Shown here one piece after another: positions 13,895 to 27,948 of a stretch of 64,000 nucleotides of DNA. How positions within the stretch are numbered: position 1 is the first letter of the stretch; each line of letters opens with the position of its first letter. The translations under genes and the position numbers were made by a program. Where the stretch lies: contig OZ024761.1 in assembly GCA_964016885.1 (NCBI GenBank), positions 28,334,001 through 28,398,000 of the forward strand, given 5' to 3'. The stretch comes from Eledone cirrhosa. Lineage: Eukaryota. The notes under the pieces are model-generated. The model was not told the origin of the DNA. It saw only the letters and a list, made by a program, of their open reading frames with translations, and did no database searches.

Positions 13895-14438
13895 TATATA
13901 TATATATATATTATATATATAAATATAATATATATTATATATATATAATACACACACACATATACACGCACACATATATATATACACATCATACATCAGC
14001 TTTTAAGGAGCTGTAGTAGTCTAAGTGTGGTCCATTATACGTCTTATTTTTCAGTCTCAGCTTGCTTAATTCACTTAGCATCCCATAGAGAATATTACAC
14101 CCACAACCTATTACTGAAGACAGCTAAACTATTGATGCCTATTAACTTATCTTATTTTTCATTCAGCTCTGTTTTAACTATTAATCTAATATCTCTATTA
14201 ATATTCTTTCCTAACCTTTGTGTGTGTTTTAATCTGTCCTGTTTATTGATTTTTAATTATCTGAAAGTCTGTGTTTGGTCTAATTCTCTTATCTTTGTTT
14301 CTTTATAGAAAATAGTATTAGCAATGTTTTTTTTGTTTTTTTTTGTTTTACTCTCTCTCTAATAATTTTTAATACTTCAATTTTACTTTGGCGAAGTTTC
14401 ATAAGTAAATTTCATGTCATTTACTTTAACATATAGTG

Positions 14439-14487
<49 letters not shown>

Positions 14488-14737
14488 AATATATACATAT
14501 ATATACATTTAGATATACATATATATATATACATATACATTTACATATATATATACAAATACATATATATACATATATATATACACAAATATATATGTGT
14601 ATATATATATATATATATATAAATACAATACATATATACACACACATATTATATATATAAAGTGAATCGCGTATTAGGAAAAACTTGGTAAAATCTGTTG
14701 AAATCTGAAGATTTATTACATAATATTACATAATATG

Positions 14738-14850
14738 GTCTTTTACACATGTTTCAATACAGTTATGCAATCACCTATGAGGGCTGAAAAATTATCCAAT
14801 ATAATCCACTGTCCTGCAATGTGTATATACATTAGCATTTCATCACTTTA
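14738..14850 (-). ncRNA. Degenerate long-stem-II hammerhead
   Basis: GTGATGA...GAAA-CATGTG-TA; flanks homologous to the 24.7-kb copy. Confidence 0.45.
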
Positions 14851-14962
14851 CATTATCTGTCAAATTCTTTTTGGGATCTATATACCATATTTGATGACAC
14901 TGTTCTTATCATGAAGATACTTATATTACACAACTCCACTGACCACGCTGGACACAATGTGT

Positions 14963-15405
<443 letters not shown>

Positions 15406-15511
15406 TATATTTATATATGTATATTTATATATAGGGAGAAAAAGACGATTATTAGGAAGAAAAATATATTTTCTTCCCTTATCTATATATATGTATATAT
15501 ATATATATATG

Positions 15512-15770
15512 TTAACCTTGGTCTTCCTCTTCCAGTGTGTCCATGTAGGGGCTCCCACATGTCAACTTCCTGAGTGCAATGTCAACTCTGGATGTCGGTG
15601 AGCATGTGCAGCTAACCTCAGTCTCCTCTGTGTCACTTTTGAGCTGACTTTTGGGAGACACTGGTCTGTTGGAGACGCAGGACATGGCAGCGATAATGAG
15701 GGACAGAGACCGCTGGAGAGAACTCGTCCATGGATCTCTGGAATTTTACCCGCCCTAGATAGATAGATAT
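15512..15770 (+). mobile_element. RTE 3' end with 5' inversion
   Basis: Inverted part encodes WEPLHGHTGRGRPRL; forward part encodes LLGDTG..RDRDRWRELV; (AGAT)n tail. Confidence 0.7.
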
Positions 15771-15983
15771 ATATATGTGTCTATATATATATATATATGT
15801 GTGTGTGTGTATATATATATATATGTATATTATATATATTATTTGTGTTCATACATCATGGAATAAAGGCGCTAGGTTTCAATACCTAACCATGCCTCCA
15901 GAAAACTGGAGGCATTGAAATAGTGACCTTTTTCCAGGTACTTTATATATATATATATATATATATAGGTATATATATATATA

Positions 15984-16229
15984 GGCATCTGCGAGACTTG
16001 CATGATGTGGAGGTGGATGTCTTTAAGAAACATCTCGATACCTTGTTATCCAGGATCCCGGATGAGCCCACAGCAAGACACGAGGGAAACCTAAGGGCAG
16101 CAGCAACAAACTCCCTCCTACACCAGTGGCCAACCTATACAGGCTGGAGATAAAATGTGTAGCAACAAGGGCGGTGCCCCAGCATGGCCTCAGCGGGATG
16201 GCTGAAACAGGTAAAAGAGTAAAAGAGTA
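15984..16229 (+). mobile_element. CR1-group LINE 3' fragment
   Basis: FKKHLDTLLSRIPDEP..RAAATNSLLHQ; (GTAAAAGA)n tail. Confidence 0.6.
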
Positions 16230-16349
16230 TATATATCATCATCATCACCGTTTTATGTCCATTCTTCCATGGTAGCATGTGTTAGACAGGTTGGCCTGTT
16301 GTGGGCAATGCCAGGTCGGGTGACCATGTGTTGCTCAAACGGGAACTGA

Positions 16350-16391
<42 letters not shown>

Positions 16392-16773
16392 CATCATCAT
16401 CATCATCATCATTTTACGTCTGCTTTTCCCTGCTTGCAAGGGTGGGACTATATATATACATATACACATACACGTCAGCGTATTGAAAAAAATATCTTCA
16501 TATTAATAACTGCATTGTTTCTTTCCAGGGAGTATGTTGAAAAATAAACCTCATTTGGTCATTCCATGAGAGTATCTTCGTCATCCTATAAGCTTTCAGC
16601 CAATCCTCGTATATAAATCATATATTGATACTCCTCGCTATAGTATATTAAATAATCTACGAGGTGAAACATTTTGACATTTAATCTCAACAAATACTGC
16701 CTCTGATATTTATTGTTGTTATACTTATTATTATCATTATTATTTATCATGACATCTTTCACAGGCCTGTCAT

Positions 16774-16811
<38 letters not shown>

Positions 16812-16991
16812 TGCATCTACATATATGTGTGTATATGTATGTGTGTGTATATATATAATTATATATATACACACATACTCATATATATACATATACTCAT
16901 ACATATATACATATATATATAGATGCATCTACATACATGGGTGTGTATATATTTTTATACATATATACATATACACATATATATATATATT

Positions 16992-17042
<51 letters not shown>

Positions 17043-17664
17043 ATGCATATAGATGCATCTACATACACATATGTAGGCAGATATGTGTGTATATTTAGAT
17101 ATGCCCACAGAAATATGTAAATAGAAAAGATGGTTGAGAGAGAGACAAACAGAAATTGAGTTGTTTTGTTTGCTTAAAGAACAATATACGAGAGACACTG
17201 AAGTAAGAAGAAACTCAACAGTTAACACAGTAAATGATATAGATCACTAAAAAGGTCGAATGTTACAAACATATGTATTTCTTTCACCCCTACATACATC
17301 TCCTCTCACCAGTCCTCGTCCTCCTTCATGTTGCTATATAAATTACACTGCCCCTTCTCACACCTTACACAGTCACTGCTTTCCCAATACACACACACAC
17401 ACTGTCTAATTCATCCAACCTTCTGCCCCCCACCGAAGGTAAATGACCCTTAAACATCATCTAGGCTCATTTATATTTTAGAAGATAAGAAACTTCAGAA
17501 AAAGAATAATAGCAAAAAAGATTAAAGATATGTCTCTTACAAAAGGTGATGTGGTTTCATGTGAAACAGGGTGTTCATTGTTTTACACCATTTATTAATT
17601 TAAGTCAAGAAAAAACAAATCAGTTTTGACCTGACCATTCTTGTATTGAATGCTTATGTTTAAA

Positions 17665-17740
<76 letters not shown>

Positions 17741-18187
17741 TCACGATACATTAACGGAGCCATAGACTCTCGTCATTCTCTGTAAATAATGTGCTCAAAG
17801 GAGAGGAAATCCTGAGCTCTTTAAAATACAATATGTTGAAAAGGTAACACACTAGAGAGAGATACAGTGCGCTATCAATAAAACAGGGAAAAACCACCAG
17901 TGTATGGAATCTATAACCTATGAAAGGCAGATAATTAAAAATATAAATTAAAGCGTAAATAAATACCTCTATAACTATATAACACACGTACAAATCCAAA
18001 GTGATCTGTTTCGCCAGTAAGTTGTTGACAGAAATGAAATAACCCAGGTTCATCAGCGTGTATATGTATATATATAGTAATAATAATATAGTAATCATAT
18101 AGTAATAATAATAAATTTGAAGACTAAAATCCAAAGAGAGCTCCATAAGGATAAATATATATCAAATATATAAGAATCGTAGAGCAA

Positions 18188-18323
18188 ATATTTATTAAAA
18201 TAACAGATTAAAGTTTAAGCAAAGAATCGCTGCTTTCACCCTTAACGGGATTTTCAGAAGATCCTGTTAAGGACGAAACCAGTGATTCTTACTTAAACTT
18301 TAATCTGTTATTTTAATAAATAT
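18188..18323. mobile_element. Palindromic HHR remnant
   Basis: Inverted repeat centred at 18256 on TTC-A-GAA; CAGAAGA-TCCTGTTAAGGAC-GAAAC. Confidence 0.6.
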
Positions 18324-18388
18324 ATATATATATATATATATGTTCGTAATTTAAACTCTGGAATTTTATATTCTCCGAGTGAAAAGAT

Positions 18389-18472
18389 CCTTCTGACGAG
18401 AGTTTATCTTTGCAATGGATGCCGTAAGGACTGTCCATTTATTTTTGAGACTCGAAACCGATTCGGTAAAGG
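18389..18472 (+). ncRNA. Complete type I hammerhead ribozyme
   Basis: CCTT-CTGACGA-GAGTTT...AGACTC-GAAA-CCG-ATT-CGG-TA-AAGG. Confidence 0.9.
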
Positions 18473-18567
18473 TAACCATAGTGAGTAAAGTTAATTTTTA
18501 AAAATTTATTTTGAAACTTTTTCTTATTTGCTAAACCTTGATTATATATATATATATAGAGAGAGAG

Positions 18568-18748
18568 AGAGCTTCTACAGGACTAGAACTGTTTCATTCG
18601 TGAGAAATCATCAGGAAGCCCTGATGATTTCTCACGAATGAAACAGTTCTAGTCCTGTAGAAGCTCTTCTATATTAAAACTTTTATACTCCGCTATGTAT
18701 TGAGTAACTTACTTACTGTGGTTACCTCCGATTCAACCCGGAATAACT
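18568..18748. mobile_element. Family B palindromic HHR element
   Basis: Arms 18568-18615 and 18620-18667; CTGATGA-TTTCTCACGAAT-GAAACAGTTCTA; tail on the right. Confidence 0.75.
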
Positions 18749-19161
18749 TATATATATATACATATATATATAGAAATTACATGAATCAAAGTTCTGTTTA
18801 AATCATTTATTTGCTTACAATTGTTTCTTCCAAACCGAGGTTTGGAGTCTTCGGAGCAATTATTCAGTGATTTTTTACATACTTGACCTCCTTTCCAACA
18901 CAAGAGACATATAGAAACATATGTATATATTGACGCACAGTGGGTTGACATCCATTATAATAATATAGCATGGCAATTTACATACAAAGATTACACTCAT
19001 ATTAAAGGACAAAATTAAAGTTAAAATTAAAATTAAAATTAAAATTAAAATTAAAATTAAAATTAAAACTGCCAATGTTTTATTTTAATTTTAACTTTAA
19101 TTTTGTCCTTTAATATGACTGTAATCTTTGTATGTAAATTGCCATGCTATATTATTATAAT

Positions 19162-19510
19162 GGAGGCACATGGCTTTGTGGTTAGAGCATTGGCCTTGCA
19201 ATCGAAAGGTTGTGAGTTCAATTCTCAGACCGGGTGATGTGTTGTTTCCTTGAGCAAGACACTTTATTTCACATTGCTCCAGTTTACTCAGCTGTAGAAA
19301 TGAGATGATAGGGACTGGGGTCCCTATCATTCCACTGCAAAGTGGTCGTGTAGGTGCCACGGCAAAAAAGCACCCAGCCCTCACTGTAAATGAGGTTGGT
19401 GTTAGGAAGGGCATCCAGCTGTAGAAATCAAGCCAGAATCAGTTCCCGTCCCACCCTTGCAAGCAGGGAAAAGCGGACGTAAAATGATGATGATGATGAT
19501 GATGATGATG
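19162..19510 (+). mobile_element. CORE-SINE family 1
   Basis: Full-length copy with (GAT)n tail. Confidence 0.88.
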
Positions 19511-19600
19511 TTAACCCACTGTGCATCAATATATACATATGTTTCTATATGTCTCTTGTGTTGGAAAGGAGGTCAAGTATGTAAAAAATCACTGAATAAT

Positions 19601-19647
19601 TGCTCCGAAGACTCCAAACCTCGGTTTGGAAGAAACAATTGTAAGCA
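19601..19647 (+). ncRNA. Minimal hammerhead, U4C core variant (mirror at 18812-18858 on minus)
   Basis: TGCT-CCGAAGA-CTCCAAAC-CTCG-GTTTGGAA-GAAA-CAATTG-TA-AGCA. Confidence 0.8.
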
Positions 19648-19917
19648 GATAAATGATTTAAACAGAACTTTGATTCATGTAATTTCTATATAACTGCTCT
19701 GTAAAACAACTGATGTTATTACATTGAGCAATTTATCTTACTGGTAATAAGATAGTAATAAATTACTGTCTTTCCCTATTTAGGGTTTAAAATATATATA
19801 ACTATAAAAGGTTTTAGTATATACATAACCATAAATAGTATCCTTAATACATATATATATAAACGGAAAAAATGAAACAAAATTTCATTTCCCACTCTTA
19901 GTACGGCTGTTACTTAA

Positions 19918-20037
19918 ATATAAGTATGTACACGTACATACATATATGTATACAGACGTACAGTAGTATGTATATATATATATACATACTACTGTACGTT
20001 TGTATACATATATGTATGTACGTGTACATACTTATAT
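19918..20037. repeat. About 120-bp palindrome centred on a TA run
   Basis: GTATGTACACGTACATAC... mirrored by ...GTATGTACGTGTACATAC. Confidence 0.8.
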
Positions 20038-20146
20038 ATATATAATATATAAACATATATATACATTTATACTCTGCTATGTATTGAGTACCTTACTGTG
20101 GTTACCCCTGATTGAACCCGGAATAAACATATATATATATATATAT

Positions 20147-20344
20147 CCCAGTAGAAGGAAGATGCAGTAGAGGAAGACCACGGAAAACATGGGCGGAGGG
20201 GGTGAGAGCAGACCTCAGATCGCTGAAGCTCACGGAGGAGATGACGAAGGACCATGACAAGTGGAGAGATGCTGTGCTGAATAGGACCCGTCCCACCCTT
20301 GCAAGCTGGGAAAAGCAGACGTAAAATGAGGATGATGATGATGA
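20147..20344 (+). mobile_element. RTE LINE 3' end
   Basis: [29 protein letters not shown]; (GAT)n tail. Confidence 0.8.
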
Positions 20345-20440
20345 TATATATATGTAAAAGGTAAAGAGAAATAACAACACAACCGGTACAGTATATGGAA
20401 GGTATATATTAGGTTAATGCTTGAAATAGCAGAAAGAAGG

Positions 20441-20476
20441 TCTTAACGTTTCGGACACTAGTCCTTCATCAGAAGA
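20441..20476 (-). ncRNA. Minimal hammerhead ribozyme
   Basis: TCTT-CTGATGA-AGGAC-TAGT-GTCC-GAAA-CG-TT-AAGA. Confidence 0.8.
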
Positions 20477-20604
20477 AAGAATGAGAAATTAGATAGATTG
20501 AAGGAATGGGCGGGGTGGAATTGGAAAAAATGTCTTTAGATAAAAATACCAGGTTCATTCATGTTGTCATCACACATACACACACATATATATGTATAGA
20601 GATG

Positions 20605-22013
<1,409 letters not shown>

Positions 22014-22023
22014 TATATATATA

Positions 22024-22309
22024 TATAAACATTTGTATATGTATAATAAAGCCAAAACAATGCAGGTATGGACATAGAATAAAGAATGCAAATGCAAAAG
22101 ATATTGTTGACAATTAGTCTTTTACCTTAGATTTATTTAAATGTCCTTAATTAAGGACATTTAAATAAATCTAAGGTAAAAGACTAATTGTCAACAATAT
22201 CTTTTGCATTCTTTATTCTATGTCCATACCTGCATTGTTTTGGCTTTATTATACATATACAAACGTTTATACCTCATTACACAATGCTTCAAGTGAACTA
22301 TAACTTCCT

Positions 22310-22311
<2 letters not shown>
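22024..22311. mobile_element. Palindrome with one-sided tail, no HHR retained
   Basis: Centre 22150/22151 (CCTTAA|TTAAGG); arms 22024-22271. Confidence 0.7.
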
Positions 22312-22354
<43 letters not shown>

Positions 22355-22381
22355 GTATATATATATACACATATGTGAGTA

Positions 22382-22413
<32 letters not shown>

Positions 22414-22873
22414 CTCACATATGTGTATATATATATACATATATATACATATATATATATCCCACCAACACTCCAAGTCTGAAGGCAGCCAATTTCTTCT
22501 TCTAGAGAGAGAGAGATAGGGAGAAATCAAACCCAGTACTGGATTGGTACTTTTCTATCGACCTCAATATTACCCTGCCAAGATCAAATGTGACCGCGAT
22601 GCGATAAGAACTCACAGAGTATAGAGTTAAAATGGATACCACCAAGAATTCTATAAAAGTTCTTCCAATTTGCCTACATATGTATATACACCCATCTACC
22701 TACCTACCCACCCATACACTCAGACACACACGGCCCACAGGCGCTCACAAAGAACATTATCACCTTTCATGGTCTGATAGCATGTTCTCATGTCCATTGC
22801 TATATTTCACCAAATTGAAGAATGGATAATTCTTTCAGATATTCAAACTGCAGAACTATATATACACATATAA

Positions 22874-22914
<41 letters not shown>

Positions 22915-23503
22915 GTTTATATATATATACATACATAAACACACACACACACATATATATATATATGTACACACACCCACAAAATAGCACTACTAAGCAC
23001 AGCAATCACTCTACGACATAAAGTACTTTCAATGCAGTAGAATAAACACAGAACACTATAAAAAAAAAAAAATAAAAAAAAGCACTGCGTGTGCCCAAGG
23101 CGCACGGAGCTGTGCTCAGTTATTTTTTCTTTTGCAATGAAAGCTGGCCATAAAAATAACACAACTGAAATAGTAGTAATAGTAGTAGTGGTAGTAGTAG
23201 TAGCAGTAGTGGTAATGGTAATGGTAGTAGTAGTAGTATATACAGGAATATTCTATTTGTGAGTGGATTATTTTTAGCCTTTCTTCAGGAATACTTCCAT
23301 AAAGCAATTAAGTGTTACTTTTAAGGAAAACCACGAGTTTATGTAAGACCTATGTGTGTGTGTGTGTGTGTGTATCTAAAAGCAGGGTCGTGTGAGTGTG
23401 GAATTGTACATATGTGTTTGCATCTTAAGGACGATATGCATGTGTGGTCATGTTTCTCTCTGCACACCTGCATATCATTGGGCATATATACATACATTTG
23501 TGA

Positions 23504-23552
<49 letters not shown>

Positions 23553-23959
23553 CACCATGTCCCCAGTCCAATGACTGAAATTTGTAATATAATGTATATA
23601 TGTATGCATAAATTTATGCATATGTGGGTATATGAGCATATATACGTAAGTAATGCTTTTGTGTGTAGATATGTGTGCATCCAGTTTTCCTTCCCTATAC
23701 ATACATGTACAAATATATATATATATGTATATATATATATACATATATATATATGCGTGTGTATATGTAGATCCATCTGCACACATACACCTATACCTGT
23801 ATATTCAGAAACACATTTGCGCATGCACATACACATACACACACAGAGGAAGTATTTTTGTATCATTTCCGTAAAATGTCATTTTCCCTCCAATGTTCTC
23901 CGCCATTTATTCTATCTACTCTATATTCTTTTCTTTTGAAGTTGAATAATAGTTATCGC

Positions 23960-24620
23960 TTAATAGAAAGTGGAAGGTTAAAGTTCAAATATAGTTAAGC
24001 TCAGAATTATAGCTCAATGTAAATTGAAAGGTTAAGGTTCAAATATAGTTGAGCTCAATGTAAAGTGGAAGGTTAAGGTTCAAATCTAGTTGAGCTAAGA
24101 GTTATAGCTCAATGTAAACTGAAAGGTTAAGGTTCAAATCTAGTTGAGCTCAGAATTATAACTCAATGTAACCTGGAAGGTTAAGGTTCAAATCTAGTTG
24201 AGCTAAGAGTTATGGCTCAATGTAAACTGGAAGGTTATGTTTCAAAACAAATTGAGCTAAGATTTAAGGCTCAATATAAAGTGAGAGGTTAAGGTTCATA
24301 TTTAGTTGAGCTAAGTGTTATAGCTCAAAGTAAAGGGGGAGCTTAAGAGCCATATTTAGTTGAGCTCAGAGTTATAGCTCAACTTAAAGTAAGTTAAAGT
24401 TAAAATATAGTTGAGCTAATACTAATAACTCAATATAAAGTGGAGGGTTAAAGTTCAAATAAAGTGGAGCTAATAGTTAAGTCTCAATATAAAGTGACAG
24501 GTTAAGGTTCATATCTAGTTGAGCTATGAGTTATAGCTCAATGTAAAGTAGGTTAAGGTTCATATATAGTTGAGCTAATAGTTATAGCTCAATATAAAGT
24601 GGAAAGTTAAGGTTCAAATA
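23960..24620. repeat. About 52-bp minisatellite
   Basis: Unit approx AAGGTTAAGGTTCAAATCTAGTTGAGCTAAGAGTTATAGCTCAATGTAAACTGG with an internal TTGAGCT/AGCTCAA hairpin. Confidence 0.9.
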
Positions 24621-24711
24621 TATATATATATATATATATTTATATAAACAGGATATCAGGAAAAAGTAGGCAACATTTGATGAAGTTTGAAGAAACATTA
24701 ATTAGACAATA

Positions 24712-24825
24712 GAGTCTCTAACACGTATTTCAATATATTTATATAATCGCATATGAGAGCTGAATTATTACAAATTCACCATCTCAAACTGCGTAGTTGA
24801 ATTTTGGATATCATCAGAGAGATTC
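24712..24825 (-). ncRNA. Hammerhead with long stem II
   Basis: GAATCTCT-CTGATGA-[nested CGCA/TGCG, TGAGA/TCTCA, TGAATT/AATTCA]-GAAA-TACGTG-TT-AGAGACTC. Confidence 0.7.
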
Positions 24826-24904
24826 AGGAGAAACTAAAATCAAGTGGATGAGTACATGCTTATATAATAAGTTTATAGATCTATATATAAACAATCAAAA
24901 TGTC

Positions 24905-25310
24905 AATACTAACAACAAAAATAAATAACAATGCCACTACCAAGAACAACAGTAAAACTGATGATATTAACTTCAAGAACAACATGGCTACTATCGGCAC
25001 CACCATCACCACCAACAACAACACCAACAACACCACCAAAAACAACAATACCAACACCAACAACAATATCAACACCAACTACAACATTAATACCAACAAA
25101 AACAACACAAACAAGCTCAACAAAAAGAACACTACCACTACCACCACCATCATTACCACTGCCATCACCACCAACAACAACAACCAGAAAACCATCACTA
25201 ACAACAAGAACCCCACCAACAACAACAACCTCGCCAACAGCACCACCATCATCATCACCATCACCACCACCCACAACACCAACAACAACATCACCACCAA
25301 CAGCAACCAG
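24905..25310. repeat. (AAC/CAC)n degenerate trinucleotide repeat
   Basis: Direct inspection. Confidence 0.9.
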
Positions 25311-25432
25311 CAAGGGCTTCAATATATGCTATCAGTGGCAGATGCTAGTCTAAACACTCTTGATAGAAACATATTAGAAGATAAGTTTTTTAAAAAAATG
25401 ATAATAGTATACATATATATATATATATACAT

Positions 25433-25478
<46 letters not shown>

Positions 25479-25502
25479 TTATATATATATATATATATAT
25501 AT

Positions 25503-25695
25503 AGTTTTAATATAGATGAGATTCTACAGGACTAGAACTGTTTCATTCATTAGAAATCATCAGGATTCCTGATGATTTCTAATGAATGAAACAGTTCTAG
25601 TCCTGTAGAATCTCATCTATATTAAAACTGTTATACTCTGCTATGTATTGAGTACCTTACTTACTGTGGTTACCTCCGATTCAACCCGGAATAAC

Positions 25696-25697
<2 letters not shown>
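25503..25697. mobile_element. Family B palindromic HHR element
   Basis: Perfect arms 25503-25564 and 25568-25629; CTGATGA at 25569. Confidence 0.78.
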
Positions 25698-25731
<34 letters not shown>

Positions 25732-26099
25732 TGCAGAAGGAAAGTCCTAATCACTTGTTGAAGGTGCAGAGAATCAATGCCAAGAATACTATTGATTTAG
25801 TTAATACAGGAGTGGACGGGGTGGGGGTGGCAGTTGTGGTGATATGAGAAGACCATCATTAACTGGATATATGATAATAGCTATAAGCTTTGTAGAGAGA
25901 CTTTAACAGAAAATGACAGCCTTCATCCACAATCCAAATTAATAAGGCTTGACATGACCAGACAATTGCCAACCTGAAGATTGATAAATACTGAAAAATA
26001 TGTGACACAAAGAAATTCAGATTAATATTGTGCAAAGAATGAAGAATTGTTTACTCAGTCTGTTTTGACTTTTGCTTCCTCAGACATAATTAACGTTAC

Positions 26100-26175
<76 letters not shown>

Positions 26176-26177
<2 letters not shown>

Positions 26178-26273
26178 AGGAGTAAGTAAGACCCCGACGG
26201 CTGAGCTCAAGCCGTTTCGACGGCTAATTCTGTACTTACTCCTATATATATATGTATATAAGATGTATATAAG

Positions 26274-26368
<95 letters not shown>

Positions 26369-26568
26369 GTGGTAAGGAACCAGGTGGACCATAACGCACC
26401 AAAGTACTCAATACTTAGGGTAGTAGAGTGGGTAATAGGAGTAAGTAAGACCCCGACGGCTGAGCTCAAGCCGTTTCGACGGCTAATTCTGTACAGAATT
26501 ACCCACTCTACTACCCTAAGTATTGAGTACTTTGGTGCGTTATGGTCCACCTGGTTCCTTACCACTTT

Positions 26569-26575
<7 letters not shown>
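26176..26575. mobile_element. Two family C elements separated by (GA)n
   Basis: 26176-26244 and 26362-26575, the latter with tails on both sides. Confidence 0.72.
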
Positions 26576-26629
<54 letters not shown>

Positions 26630-26834
26630 TTATATACATCTGTTTCTGTATGAAGTAGTAAATTGGCAGAGTTGTTATGTTAGAAAGTTGGATAGAATGC
26701 TTTAATGGTAGTGTTCGTTTCGACTCCCTATAGCTTGTGACAAGACCCCGCTTAAAAACGTGTTTTTGAAAATTCTGCCCCCAAGACCCTCTTACGAATA
26801 GCTAGGCGAAGAAGACCAAAAATTAGTTATTCAA

Positions 26835-27320
26835 ATAACTACTTCAGGATTAGAACTATTTCATTTGAACTGAATAAATTAGTACAGAAAATACATTATA
26901 TATTATATATATAGAGAGAGAGATGATTCTCATAGGACTAGAAATGTTTCATTTTAAATCAATAGATCAGTAAAGAAAATACATTATATATTTTATATAT
27001 AAATGACACAAACAGGACTAGAACTGTTTCATTTGAAATCAATAGATTAATAAAGAAACTACATTATATATTTTATATACAAATGACTCCAGCAGGACTA
27101 GAACTGTTTCATTTGAAATCAATAGTTCAGTAAAGAAACTATTTTATATATAAATGACTCTGACAGGACTAGAAATGTTTCATTTGAAATCAATAGATTA
27201 GTAAAGAATCTACATTATATATTTTATGTATAAATGACTCCTACATGACTAGAAATGTTTCATTTCAAATCAAAAGATTAGTAAAGAAAGTACATTATAT
27301 ATTTCATATTCATTTTGAAT
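26835..27320 (-). repeat. About 80-bp tandem array of family B HHR-derived units
   Basis: GGACTA at 26935, 27015, 27095, 27166 and TGACTA at 27246. Confidence 0.85.
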
Positions 27321-27789
27321 CCCTGATCTCTGAGTTCAAATTGTGCTGAACTCAACTTTGACTTTTATCCATTCGAGGTTGATAAAAAAGTACCAGTAAT
27401 GTACTGGAGTTGATTCTTCCTCTATATCTCTTTCTCATTCTCTCACTCCCTATGGAAGAAATCTCCAATATTCAAACCTGAAGAGTATTCAGCTCTGCCA
27501 GGTTTAGAAATGCCCTAGAAACACTGTATATCAATACAATACTCCTATAATTCTCTCAGGAGTTACGGGCCCATGCCATTCCTACTTCTGTATGAGGTGG
27601 CAAATTAGCAGAGTCATTAGAACATCGATATAGGGCTAAACACCCACTGCTTCTTTTCCCAAGTATAGAGGCTCATCAGTTTAGTGATTATCCTAGTTTC
27701 CTCAGCATTAAGTGAGACAACGTACAAAACTTGCCCCTGGACATGATGCAAGTCCATTATAGCGTTAACTCCCACCTAAGCTACTACTT

Positions 27790-27916
27790 GTACTCATTTT
27801 CAGCTGAGTGTAGTAGAGCAATATAAAACGAAATGTTTTGCTCAAGGGTACAACACACCACCCAATCCAGATATCAAACCCACTACATTATGATAGTAAG
27901 TCTAACACCCTAACCT
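27790..27916 (-). mobile_element. Old CORE-SINE fragment
   Basis: CTCATTTTCAGCTGAG..TTGCTCAAGG matches the family 1 core. Confidence 0.55.
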
Positions 27917-27948
27917 AATGATTCCCAACAAGGGACACATGCCCCGCA

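Larger units (their letters stand above)
18769..19850. mobile_element. Large palindromic HHR element interrupted by a SINE
   Basis: Left arm about 18769-19035 mirrors 19080-19161 plus 19511-19692; tail 19693-19850. Confidence 0.8.

Noticed and set aside
24900-25535. 211-aa Asn/Thr-rich ORF
   Set aside because: A trinucleotide repeat running into (TA)n, open in several frames.
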